A stretch of 20,000 bases of DNA, from sequence record SRR22947725_171; one strand, given 5' to 3'. The notes beneath the pieces were generated by a model. That model did no database searches, had not been told where the DNA came from, and was given only the letters and a program-made list of their open reading frames with translations. Positions 1 to 9,324 of this stretch are shown piece after piece (the stretch's first letter is position 1; each line of letters starts with the position of its first letter). A program made the translations under genes and the position numbers.

Positions 1-926
1 CCCTAATGGCGAGAGAAATGGAAATTGATATTGCAGTTAACCTCGGGGGTTACACACAATCCTCAAGAACGGAAATTTTTGCAAAATTAGCTGCGCCAAT
101 TCAGGTGAGTTATCTAGGTTTTCCAGGGACAATGGCTCTAGACTACATAGATTATTTAATCGCAGACTACACCCTAATACCTTTAAATATGCAAAAACAT
201 TACTCAGAAAAAATTGTCTACATGCCTGACAGTTATCAGGTAAATATTTCAGATAGGGATTTCTCTAATAAGGTAATAACACGTGCACAACATGGACTAC
301 CTGAAAAAGCCTTTGTCTTTTGTTGTTTCAATAATAATCATAAAATCACACCATATACCTTTAATAGTTGGATGCGAATTCTCAAACAAGTTAAAGGGAG
401 TGTGCTCTGGTTATTTGAAAATACTGAGGATATGGTTGAGAACATATCAATTGAAGCAGAAAAATTTGGAATAGATAGAAATCGTTTAGTTTTTGCTAAG
501 TATATGCATGTTGAGGATCACTTAAATAGACTCAAATGTGCCGATATTTTTCTTGACACTCTGCCATATAATGCTCATACGACAACGAGTGATGCTCTTA
601 GAATGAGGCTTCCTGTTTTAACCCTTATTGGTAATTCATTTGCAAGTAGAGTTGCTGCAAGCCTTTTAAATGCGGTAAATTTACCTGAGCTAATTACCAC
701 TTCTCAGGAACAGTATGAGTCCTTTGCTATTAATTTAGCTTTAAATCCTAAAAAGCTTACTGCCATTAGAGAGAAACTCGACAACAACTTAGCTTCGGCC
801 CCGCTATTTAATTCTCTTTCATTCACACAAAACTTAGAAAAAGGATTCGAAGAGATGCTCCAGCGCTATAAGTCGGGTCTTAAGCCAGATCACCTATACC
901 TCAAAGAAGAGCATAGTCTTAAATAA
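1..926 (+). CDS. GT41 O-GlcNAc transferase/SPINDLY-family glycosyltransferase, C-terminal catalytic region (5' part lies upstream of the window)
   Basis: Motifs IDIAVNLGGYT, APIQVSYLGFPGT, FCCFNNNHKI, DIFLDTLPYNAHTT and SRVAASLL are typical of GT41. The frame is open to the window edge, so the ATG at 6 is probably internal. Confidence 0.9.
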   Translation, partial: LMAREMEIDIAVNLGGYTQSSRTEIFAKLAAPIQVSYLGFPGTMALDYIDYLIADYTLIPLNMQKHYSEKIVYMPDSYQVNISDRDFSNKVITRAQHGLPEKAFVFCCFNNNHKITPYTFNSWMRILKQVKGSVLWLFENTEDMVENISIEAEKFGIDRNRLVFAKYMHVEDHLNRLKCADIFLDTLPYNAHTTTSDALRMRLPVLTLIGNSFASRVAASLLNAVNLPELITTSQEQYESFAINLALNPKKLTAIREKLDNNLASAPLFNSLSFTQNLEKGFEEMLQRYKSGLKPDHLYLKEEHSLK

Positions 927-964
927 TTAATACTTTTAATAACAAATTAGTTTTTAAAGTCACT

Positions 965-1945
965 CTACTTCTGCCAATTCGGTAGTGAGTCATATCCCAA
1001 CTGCAATAAAAGATGCGGTACATCGACAAACACCCAATTTTCCACTAAAAGCTCATTTTCACGGCGCCACCAATCACAAACACGCATAAAAACTCGCTCG
1101 TTGATTGGGCCTTGTCCTAGGAAAGGTTTGATGTTAACCCCTGTCAAGGATGGCCAGCCTCCTGAACAGGTGTAATTACCCTCGCCAAATCTTGTGAAGT
1201 GTTTTGTAAAGCCATTGTTTTTTGTTCCGCCTGACCATCCTTCAAACTGAGATTCAAACGGGACCTGAAATGAAGCGAATTCGTCAACACCAATAAAAGA
1301 GCCAAACGCACCCGGTCCATACCACATCATATTCTTATGCCAATAGGGTCGCCAAGCCTCATCCTTTGTCGCTAATTTATCAAGCATATCAGTCACAATT
1401 TGATAGCTTTGCTGGCCTTCAGCAGGATCTAAAGAACTTTTGAGAACGCCATCTTGTGATGCAGGCCCTTGAATTAGTCCAGTGTAACCTCGCGAAAGTC
1501 CTGGGCCCATATCCAAAGGCCACTGATTACAAGCAATCATCAGTTCAGGAATGTCTAGATAGATATAGCTTTCAACAGCTTGGCCTTTCTCAATACGGTG
1601 GAATTCACCATAGCGAATATAACTAAGCGTTTTCGTCGCTTTAAGGCCAATCCAATCTCTTACAAATTGCCCCACATAATAACCTGTTGAGCTAATCCAA
1701 TTTTGTCCCTCAAATTCTCCAGCCATGAAGATATCATCGCGCCGATAAAGGCCTTCAAATGAGTATTGAAGTGGCAATAAAAATTCATTAAGGTAGACAT
1801 CAGCACCTTTTAACTGATTAAACGGATGGACAACATTAATGTCAGCATCCTCACTGTAAAAACTCGCAATGTTCGAAGAGAAGTCTCCCGGATGGCTCAA
1901 TGCATTTGCATATGTTAAATAAAGTTTACGATTATTTATTGACAT
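965..1945 (-). CDS. Two-domain SnoaL/NTF2-like ('ester cyclase' family) protein
   Basis: 326 aa with two repeats ending in YIRYGEFHRIEKGQAVESYIYLD and FMRVCDWWRRENELLVENWVFVD. It aligns by eye over its full length with 8269-9324. Confidence 0.8.
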   Translation of the reverse strand: MSINNRKLYLTYANALSHPGDFSSNIASFYSEDADINVVHPFNQLKGADVYLNEFLLPLQYSFEGLYRRDDIFMAGEFEGQNWISSTGYYVGQFVRDWIGLKATKTLSYIRYGEFHRIEKGQAVESYIYLDIPELMIACNQWPLDMGPGLSRGYTGLIQGPASQDGVLKSSLDPAEGQQSYQIVTDMLDKLATKDEAWRPYWHKNMMWYGPGAFGSFIGVDEFASFQVPFESQFEGWSGGTKNNGFTKHFTRFGEGNYTCSGGWPSLTGVNIKPFLGQGPINERVFMRVCDWWRRENELLVENWVFVDVPHLLLQLGYDSLPNWQK

Positions 1946-2004
1946 AATTTTTTCTTTTAAATTAGATAATCCTTAGATCAACTTAGTGCATAAATGTTTT
2001 AAAA

Positions 2005-2709
2005 CTAGGTACGGGATTTTTCAAAATCCTCCCATGCTTTTTTAAAATCATCAAAACTAAATTCTGTTTTTTCTGCAGGATCTAATATGAGCCTCTCAGA
2101 TGCAAACAACTTGTGAATTGAATCTTTCAAAATAGGTATAACTTCAGAAGGAATTACAACAGCTCCATGACGATCAGCATGAATTAACTCGCCTGGTGCC
2201 ACAGTCATACCAAAGATATTTACAGGGGTATCTATCTCACGCACATGGACAAAACCATGACTAGGACCAACCGATCCTGCAACAACTGGAAAGGCTTCAG
2301 CAAGATCCCCTAAGTCTCTCATTACTCCATTTGTTAGAGTTCCTGATAGTCCAAACCCTTTGTGAACTTTTGTATTAATCTCACCCCAATAAGCGCCAAT
2401 ACAATCAGGATAGTCAACATCCTCAATTACAGTGACCATTGGCCCATCAACCTCGGACATATATCGGTAGTAATTCATTCTGCGCTCTTTAATAATATCT
2501 TGATTTTCGGTCGGCGGATCAAGTGCAGCAATTTTTGCAGTCTTGGCAAAACCAACTATAGACCCACCTTCAGGATCTGAGCAAATCATTGTGCCTCGTG
2601 TAAACTTTGAAAAACCCCTTTTGCCTTGAGCCACTTCGATAGCATTACAGACCGTTGGCGTATCAACTGAGCGAAGGAGTGTGAGTAATTCTGGATCTAA
2701 TTTAGCCAT
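2005..2709 (-). CDS. RraA-family protein, HMG/CHA aldolase-like
   Basis: Motifs DTPTVCNA, AYWGEINT, TNGVMRDL (G-x-x-R-D) and PGELIHADRHGAVVIP match the RraA/LigK fold. Confidence 0.85.
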   Translation of the reverse strand: MAKLDPELLTLLRSVDTPTVCNAIEVAQGKRGFSKFTRGTMICSDPEGGSIVGFAKTAKIAALDPPTENQDIIKERRMNYYRYMSEVDGPMVTVIEDVDYPDCIGAYWGEINTKVHKGFGLSGTLTNGVMRDLGDLAEAFPVVAGSVGPSHGFVHVREIDTPVNIFGMTVAPGELIHADRHGAVVIPSEVIPILKDSIHKLFASERLILDPAEKTEFSFDDFKKAWEDFEKSRT

Positions 2710-3386
2710 TTTTTTAATACCTCTGTTGTTTCTTTTGGTTGCTCTAATGTAGGAATATGACCAGCATTGTTAATAATTTTTAACTCTGAATCATTGATTA
2801 TACTATGCATCAACTCATGCCTTTCTACTGGACATAATATATCGTTTGAGCCACATATCACCAATACTGGAACCGCAATTAAGCGCAATGTACTTTGTTG
2901 GTCTACTCTTGTTTTCAAGGCCTTTGATTGATTTATAAATACTTCTGGGCCCATCGATTTAGCCATCTCCATACAGGTATGGAGGATACTCTCTCGATTA
3001 TCACTAGCATCTAAATAGTTAGGCTTCATCTCATCACGCATGACATCAACAAGCTTGCCTTCCTTTGCAGCCTTCATTTGAGGGTCTCTCATCGCTTTAA
3101 CCTCTTCAAGCTCCGCTTTATGATTGGTATCCATAAGCACCAACTTTTCAATTCGACTGGGCTCCTGGGCGTACATCTCCATAGCGACAATACCTCCCAT
3201 AGAATGACCTAAGAGATGAAACTTGGGTGGTGATTTTTTGAGTACTTCAGCTGCTAAGTCCTGAACAGTTGAATGTCCAGAAATATCTGCGACAATAATC
3301 CTTATTGAATCGCTAAGTCCTTCAATTTGTGGTGCAAAAATACGTTCATCACACATCATTCCAGGAATCATAACAAGAGTCTTCAC
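2697..3386 (-). CDS. Alpha/beta-fold hydrolase
   Basis: Nucleophile motif GHSMGG, acid in GSNDILCP and His in AGHIP. The GTG start overlaps the upstream TAG (TAGTG). Confidence 0.9.
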   Translation of the reverse strand: MKTLVMIPGMMCDERIFAPQIEGLSDSIRIIVADISGHSTVQDLAAEVLKKSPPKFHLLGHSMGGIVAMEMYAQEPSRIEKLVLMDTNHKAELEEVKAMRDPQMKAAKEGKLVDVMRDEMKPNYLDASDNRESILHTCMEMAKSMGPEVFINQSKALKTRVDQQSTLRLIAVPVLVICGSNDILCPVERHELMHSIINDSELKIINNAGHIPTLEQPKETTEVLKKWLN

Positions 3387-4516
3387 TATTGATTGCTCGC
3401 AATCTTAGCACCCTCGGATAGTGACTCTAGCTTAGCAAATGCAATGTCTGGATCCACTGCACCAAAACCTGCAAAAGTACCAAAACCGCAATCTGAACCC
3501 GCAATGACTCTCTCTTTTCCGACTATATTGACAAATTTATTAATTCGTTCAGCCACCAACTCAGGATGCTCAATAAAGTTAGTTGTTGTGTCTACAACAC
3601 CTGGAACAAGTATTTTAGTATCAGGTATTTCACTCTTACGATCACGAAAAACTGTCCATTCATGAGCGTGTCTAGGGTTTGATGTCTCAAATAAAGTATA
3701 TCGAGCCTTTGCTTTCATCAATGTTCCAAAAACTTTATTCATATCAATATCACAGCAATGAGGTCCCTCATAATTACCCCAACAAATATGAATTCTTACT
3801 TTTTCTTCTGGAACATTCGACAAGGCATGATTCAGTGCCTCCATATGTGATTCTGCAATCTTTATGAATTCAGAGTCAGATAGATCACTGAAAAGCATAT
3901 GCCGAGATAAAGCAAGATCAGGGCAATCAAGCTGCAAGTCTAAGCCCGATGCGACAATTGTTTCATACTCATCTTTCATTGCATCAGCTAGTGCTGCTAA
4001 ATATGCATCTCGAGTTGGATAGTAATCATTCTGCAAAAATAAAGAAATGACGCCAGGTGATGCTGCATTCATAAAGCCTCTTTGAACTTCATTTACAGAC
4101 ATTGCTTTTTTTAAGTTTAAAATATCTTTTTGCAGTTCCCCCTGTCCTTTTGATTTAACTTCACCTGTGCACATCGGCCTAGCATATTGAGGCGTTCCAC
4201 CATCATCAGAAAGCCTTTTTAAAAATCCTGGGAAGAGCTTCAGATCTTCTGGAGCATTTCTAGGGCTATCTCCAGAAAATCCCGTATATCTGTCTTTAAC
4301 ATAAGTTGCATATGATATTTTTGAGGTTTCTCCATCACTCACAATATCAATGCCCGCTTTTTTTTGCTTTTCAACTGTAGTCAAAACGTTGTTTTGCATG
4401 CATGCATCAAAACTTTTTTCATCATACTCTTGATTATTTTCTCTTGCAAAAATATAATCTACAACCTCTTGACCTCTTGGCAATGAACCTACATGGCTCG
4501 TTAAAATTCTACTCAA
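3386..4516 (-). CDS. Stand-alone cobalamin-independent methionine synthase II (MetE C-terminal)-family Zn-thiol alkyltransferase
   Basis: N-terminal HVGSLPR and SDGE; Zn ligands in HICWGNY, LFETSN and GSDCGFG. It is only 376 aa, so it lacks the N-terminal MetE barrel. TTG start with AGGAGAA Shine-Dalgarno at 4521-4527. Confidence 0.88.
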   Translation of the reverse strand: MSRILTSHVGSLPRGQEVVDYIFARENNQEYDEKSFDACMQNNVLTTVEKQKKAGIDIVSDGETSKISYATYVKDRYTGFSGDSPRNAPEDLKLFPGFLKRLSDDGGTPQYARPMCTGEVKSKGQGELQKDILNLKKAMSVNEVQRGFMNAASPGVISLFLQNDYYPTRDAYLAALADAMKDEYETIVASGLDLQLDCPDLALSRHMLFSDLSDSEFIKIAESHMEALNHALSNVPEEKVRIHICWGNYEGPHCCDIDMNKVFGTLMKAKARYTLFETSNPRHAHEWTVFRDRKSEIPDTKILVPGVVDTTTNFIEHPELVAERINKFVNIVGKERVIAGSDCGFGTFAGFGAVDPDIAFAKLESLSEGAKIASNQ

Positions 4517-4539
4517 TTAATTCTCCTATATAAAATAAA

Positions 4540-5505
4540 CTATTCTCTCCATGTTGACCCTGCTGGGTCGTTTGTTTTTGTGACTTTAAATAAGCTCGCT
4601 TCATCTAAACCAATAGGGGTCATCTTGTAGGATAAGTCGGGGCGGATTAAGCAAGTATCTCCAGCAGAAATGCGAGTTGAATTTCCATCCCACTCGAGAG
4701 TCCATTCTCCTCTCATAACCATGTTGACTTCGTATTGGCTGGGCGAGTGCATTTCGTCAACAAAGGTCTCATTCGAAATGAAATCCACCTCAAACCCTGG
4801 CTTATCTTTCAAAAGACCATTAGCTCCTATGACCTTAAGTGGTGTGTCTTTAGAGTGGTGAGATAAGTCTGATGCACTGACAAAAAAATTACTCATAAAC
4901 GCTTCTGTAGAAACCTTTGGGAAGTTTTTAAGCTCTTCATCAGTTAATAATTGCATGGGTGCAATATGCTCTGGAAGCAACTCTCCATTTTTTGTGTCAT
5001 ATAAGACTCCATTATCTCCAAGCAGAAGTCCAAAATCCTTAGCTTCATTAATCACCTCAGGGGCCCACGTCACACCGCCCCCAGCATCATCACCACCAAG
5101 AATGGCCATTAACATTCCATAGCCATCTCCAACATTTTCAAAGGCTCTAAATATCCCTGTTGGTATATTCACCAAGTCGCCTTCATTTGCAAACAATTCT
5201 CCATCTTCACCATAGCGTCCCCAGAAAAAACGCCAGCTTCCCTTGAGCACATAAAAGACTTCAGCAGTTGTGTGAGTATGCAAAGAGTTCTTGCAACCAG
5301 GTGGTTGTCCAGCCGCACCTATATTAAAACCTGGAGTTTCATTAATATGTACATGCTGGTCTCGACTTTCTGAAACACCGCCACCAATAATAGTAAAGTT
5401 TTCTTTTTGATCAGATCCTGGTGTATGGGCATCAATGAAAGCCGTCTTGCAAGGCTTCAAGTCTGAATACCTAACGATAAATTTTTCCATTTCTTCTGGA
5501 GTCAT
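4540..5505 (-). CDS. Bicupin-like protein
   Basis: N-terminal cupin motifs HTHTTAEVFYVLKG and GDLVNIPTGIFRAFEN; a degenerate second cupin in EVNMVMRGEW...AGDTCLIRP. Confidence 0.8.
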   Translation of the reverse strand: MTPEEMEKFIVRYSDLKPCKTAFIDAHTPGSDQKENFTIIGGGVSESRDQHVHINETPGFNIGAAGQPPGCKNSLHTHTTAEVFYVLKGSWRFFWGRYGEDGELFANEGDLVNIPTGIFRAFENVGDGYGMLMAILGGDDAGGGVTWAPEVINEAKDFGLLLGDNGVLYDTKNGELLPEHIAPMQLLTDEELKNFPKVSTEAFMSNFFVSASDLSHHSKDTPLKVIGANGLLKDKPGFEVDFISNETFVDEMHSPSQYEVNMVMRGEWTLEWDGNSTRISAGDTCLIRPDLSYKMTPIGLDEASLFKVTKTNDPAGSTWRE

Positions 5506-5508
5506 TTT

Positions 5509-6477
5509 TTAACCTGTCTTAATGATGATTTGTTTCCAGATTGCTGTTTCATCGAAGAGTGTATATTCTCTCCTAAGCCCCCAAGGTCCAAATTCTGCAT
5601 GTGAAACGCCCATTACATATAAGTCAGCACCAGTAGGCTCACCAAAAATACCCCAACCATCATGCTTGCCTTTAAGGTTCCATCTCACTGCAGCTCTGGG
5701 AGAGAGGTGACTATCTTCACGTCCAATTTGATGTTCAACTGTAAAAACTGCGCTTGGCATAGAAGAGCGTAGCCCTCTCCAAAACTCTTCAGCATCCACA
5801 TACGAATGACCACATACCCCTCCTGGGTATTCTAGATGACATCCACGATCATATTCAGATCTATAAACCGAAGCGTCGTCGATCATAATACGATTAAGTA
5901 TATCGACATACTTTTCACCCCACACATTCGTATTTCCATTGCCGATGTAGGGGCCTTTCTTGTCCATAGAATCATTAAATGGATGGTTGCATTTTTCTAT
6001 GCCGCCTTCGAGATTTATTTGATCTCTTGCAAAATCCTTTGGCATCATTCCTAGCTGGCGAACAATAGCGCCCTGATCTCGAATTAACCATTCATCATTT
6101 ACTTGATTGTTAATAGCATGACAGTCTGCGATTGTTCTAAAAACAACCTTCTTACCTGTTGCCTTCCCAAATGAGCCATCTCCCAGATGAGAAGCTGTAG
6201 AAATAATTCTATGTGAGGACAACATACCGGTCTCCGGTGTCCCTGACCAAATTACATCTTCTCCTAATAACTTGCGATCAGGAAATTCTGATAATGTTGC
6301 TTTTGTTGCATCAATAACCGTCTTATTTCCAATCACAAGGGAGGATGGGGCCCTTAAAATAATATCATCTGAGTACAAGTAAAGGAGCTTATCAATACCC
6401 CTTTCTTCCCAAATTTCATGAGTAATGCCATTAATCCAGTCAGGAAAATTAGCATATTGTGAATCAAACCCTTTCAT
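5509..6477 (-). CDS. Two-domain SnoaL/NTF2-like protein (divergent from the other three)
   Basis: Two repeats containing HLGDGSFGKATGKKV...DEWLIRD and HDGWGIFGEPTGADL...REYTLFD, the H-x-G-x-F/G-x-P/A-T-G pattern of the ester cyclase family. Confidence 0.8.
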   Translation of the reverse strand: MKGFDSQYANFPDWINGITHEIWEERGIDKLLYLYSDDIILRAPSSLVIGNKTVIDATKATLSEFPDRKLLGEDVIWSGTPETGMLSSHRIISTASHLGDGSFGKATGKKVVFRTIADCHAINNQVNDEWLIRDQGAIVRQLGMMPKDFARDQINLEGGIEKCNHPFNDSMDKKGPYIGNGNTNVWGEKYVDILNRIMIDDASVYRSEYDRGCHLEYPGGVCGHSYVDAEEFWRGLRSSMPSAVFTVEHQIGREDSHLSPRAAVRWNLKGKHDGWGIFGEPTGADLYVMGVSHAEFGPWGLRREYTLFDETAIWKQIIIKTG

Positions 6478-6488
6478 TCTATTCTCTC

Positions 6489-7502
6489 CTATTTATCAGA
6501 AATTTTTGCCGAACCCCTAACCATTAGTGGTCCATCAATTTCAATTCTTCTAGCAGTTGTTGTTTTATTTTCAATACTCTCAATTAGAATTGAAACCGTT
6601 TCAGCTACCATTCGATTGGCTGGCTGTCGAACTGTTGTTAAATCATAAGCAGGCCATGAGGAAATAGGCACATCATCATAACCAACGACAGAAACTTGTT
6701 CAGGGACTTGTAATCCTAGCTCAAACCTAATAACATCGATTACTGCAATTGCCATAGCATCATTAGCAACGAATACTGCATCTGGAAAATGTTTTTTAGA
6801 AAACATTGTTCGCGCTGCTTGTCTGGCTTCATCAGAATTAAAGTTACCCACTTCTCTTGCATATAATTCCTGTCCATTTCTAACTAGTTCTTCAGTAAAG
6901 CCTTTTTCTCGGTCTCGTTGAGTCGATGCCCCCTCCCAACCAGCAATATATCCAATACGCTTATGCCCACCTGCCAAAAGAAATCTAGCAACTTTCTGAC
7001 CACCTTGAAAATTATCAGAGGTTACCGCCGATAGCCTATCATCATCTTGAGTTCGATTAAATAAAACAACTGGAACACCTGCAGAGGTGCATCTCTTAGC
7101 AAGGTCTGAGGACATAGAAACCGAAGCAGCTATAATGCCATCAACTTGATAATCTAAAATTTCATCTACCGCATCAGCAATGTCACCCTCTTTGTTTCCA
7201 GACATAAAAATTAAAACGTGATAACCTTTCTTTTGAAGAGCACTTGAGAGTAACTCCAAAGCCTCTGGATAAAAGTAGTTATCCAAATATGCCACTACGA
7301 GCCCAATCATTCGAGACTTTCCTGTGATTAATGAACGCGCTAACACATTGGGCCTATATCCTAATTCTGCTGCTGCTTTACGAACTAGCTCGTTTGTTTT
7401 CTTAGAGGATGAAGCACCAGGTGTGAAGACCCTTGAAACAGCAGACTGGCTTACACCAGCTAATTTTGCTACCTCCATTGATGTAATTTTTTGAGTGCTC
7501 AT
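6489..7502 (-). CDS. LacI-family transcriptional regulator
   Basis: HTH TSMEVAKLAGVSQSAVSRVF, hinge LGYRPNVLARSL, C-terminal VSVVGYDD and LTTVRQP. Confidence 0.96.
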   Translation of the reverse strand: MSTQKITSMEVAKLAGVSQSAVSRVFTPGASSSKKTNELVRKAAAELGYRPNVLARSLITGKSRMIGLVVAYLDNYFYPEALELLSSALQKKGYHVLIFMSGNKEGDIADAVDEILDYQVDGIIAASVSMSSDLAKRCTSAGVPVVLFNRTQDDDRLSAVTSDNFQGGQKVARFLLAGGHKRIGYIAGWEGASTQRDREKGFTEELVRNGQELYAREVGNFNSDEARQAARTMFSKKHFPDAVFVANDAMAIAVIDVIRFELGLQVPEQVSVVGYDDVPISSWPAYDLTTVRQPANRMVAETVSILIESIENKTTTARRIEIDGPLMVRGSAKISDK

Positions 7503-8272
7503 TAGTCCGCTGTCCAGCCCCCATCAATCATCAATGCTGAACCTGTAATCATGCCAGATGCCTCTGAGGCTAGAAATACCACTGCCCCCATAATATCTTC
7601 AACTTCACCTGCACGTCCAAGTTTTATTTTTTCTTCAATCCACTTTTTGCGTTCAGGATTATCAAATGTAGATTGTGTTAACGCCGTTCGGATAAATGTT
7701 GGGCAAATTGTGTTGACCCTAATTTGATGGCCTCCCCATTCAATTGCCATGGCCTTTGTAAAGCCCTCTACAGCATGCTTGGAAGCAGAATATACCGCTC
7801 GGTCTACTCCGCCAACATGTCCCATTTGAGAAGAAATATTAATTAGTGAGCCTGGTTTTTTTGCCTTTATCAGTCCTCTTGCTACTGCTTGTGTCAAAAA
7901 GTAAGCACCCCTAAGATTGACATCCATGACCTCATCAAAATCCTCAGTAGAGGTTTCTAATGAAGGTGAATGACGACCCATGCCAGCACTATTTACAAGG
8001 ATATCAAAGGGCTTTTGATTTTTAAAAAAAAGCTCGATTGCGTCTGTATCAGCAATATCCAGCTGAACAGCCTCAACACTATTGCCCTTTAATTTTATTG
8101 CATCAGAAGCTTTTTGAAGAGCTTCAATATTTCTTGATGCCAAGACGACCTCAGCGCCTGCATCCGCAAGTGCTACAGCACAAGCCAGACCAATGCCAGA
8201 TGAAGCTCCCGCAATAAGGGCAGTTTTATTATCTAATCTAAAAGATGGTGTAGTCGGAAGTTTCAAAATCAA
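7502..8272 (-). CDS. Classical SDR NAD(P)-dependent oxidoreductase (sugar-acid/polyol dehydrogenase-like)
   Basis: Motifs AGASSGIG, NSAG, NISS, catalytic YSASK and C-terminal DGGW. The TTG start overlaps the upstream TGA. Confidence 0.93.
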   Translation of the reverse strand: MILKLPTTPSFRLDNKTALIAGASSGIGLACAVALADAGAEVVLASRNIEALQKASDAIKLKGNSVEAVQLDIADTDAIELFFKNQKPFDILVNSAGMGRHSPSLETSTEDFDEVMDVNLRGAYFLTQAVARGLIKAKKPGSLINISSQMGHVGGVDRAVYSASKHAVEGFTKAMAIEWGGHQIRVNTICPTFIRTALTQSTFDNPERKKWIEEKIKLGRAGEVEDIMGAVVFLASEASGMITGSALMIDGGWTAD

Positions 8273-9324
8273 TTACCGTTTATGTTTTTAGCTTTGTTAA
8301 ATTCTCTTAATCTACCGAGAACATCAACACCAATTTGATTATAGATATCCAGAATATCTATCATGACCCAGTTTTCCCTTATTTTTCCTTCTTCCAACCT
8401 CCAAAAATCAAGTGACCGAAGAAAAACCTCTTTATTACTTGGGGCGATACCCATCCAGCCATCATGAGTGAGTGTTTGTTTCATATTTGGCCAGCCAGTT
8501 ACAGCTGCATATTCTCCATCTCCAAAAAAGTGATATCCAATTTGATCCCCCCAACCATCTCTCTTACTATAAGTTGTATCTTTTCCTCTGTCTGGCATAG
8601 CATTCAAAAATGGTATTTGATGCCAGTTTCTAAAACCTTCAATGCCTCTTCCACTTCCTATTCCAGAGGGACCATACCAATTCATTTTGGGATGCCAATA
8701 GTAATCCATTTTCATGACCTCAGGACCGCCCTCAGAGGGATGCTTTTTCATAGCATTAGCCATTCCTAGAATATGCTCCATTGAGGCATCACTTTTTTCA
8801 GGGTCATATGGACTATCTGAAATCCCATCCATTGTTGCTGGGCCTGGGACGCACCATTCTCTTCCAAGAGTTGGGGCCATTGGCCAAGAGTCAGACTGCA
8901 TCATAAGTTCTGGTATGTCCCACAACGCCTGAACTTCAATTATTTTGTCCTCCTGAAAGCAATAAAATTCATGGAATCGCATATGTGCAATATGGCCAGT
9001 TGGAGGGATATCTAAAAATGACTTTAAAAAAGTACCATTGTAAAAGCCAGCACATCCAACCCAATGCAAATCCTTTTCAGTTTTCCCAGCGATAACGATA
9101 TAGTCTCGTCTTTCAAGATCAGGCATTGATTCAAACAGTGGTTTAAGTGCTTGATTATAAAAACTAGTTGGACCTAGAATATCTCCAAAAGGGTGGGATA
9201 GATGAATAATCGCCTCCTCATCAAATAGAGACTCGAGGCCACTTCGAACTCCATCCTCCGTAAAACTATACATACTCAATCTTAGAGGCTTTATTAGCTC
9301 TTTAAGATGGTTGGCTCTATGCAC
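8269..9324 (-). CDS. Two-domain SnoaL/NTF2-like ('ester cyclase' family) protein
   Basis: Contains FLDIPPTG...MRFHEFY...WDIPELM and WMGIAPSNKEVFLRSLDFWRLEEGKIRENWVMID. Paralog of 965-1945. GTG start. Confidence 0.82.
   Translation of the reverse strand: MHRANHLKELIKPLRLSMYSFTEDGVRSGLESLFDEEAIIHLSHPFGDILGPTSFYNQALKPLFESMPDLERRDYIVIAGKTEKDLHWVGCAGFYNGTFLKSFLDIPPTGHIAHMRFHEFYCFQEDKIIEVQALWDIPELMMQSDSWPMAPTLGREWCVPGPATMDGISDSPYDPEKSDASMEHILGMANAMKKHPSEGGPEVMKMDYYWHPKMNWYGPSGIGSGRGIEGFRNWHQIPFLNAMPDRGKDTTYSKRDGWGDQIGYHFFGDGEYAAVTGWPNMKQTLTHDGWMGIAPSNKEVFLRSLDFWRLEEGKIRENWVMIDILDIYNQIGVDVLGRLREFNKAKNINGN

Noticed and set aside
927-964. Possible bidirectional terminator between the GT41 gene and the operon (ACTTTTAA...TTAAAGT)
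   Set aside because: The stem is imperfect and almost all A/T, too weak to call.
2005-2709. Regulator of RNase E activity or MenG methyltransferase annotation
   Set aside because: The longer 234-aa form with the G-x-x-R-D motif inside a catabolic operon fits the aldolase branch of the family better.
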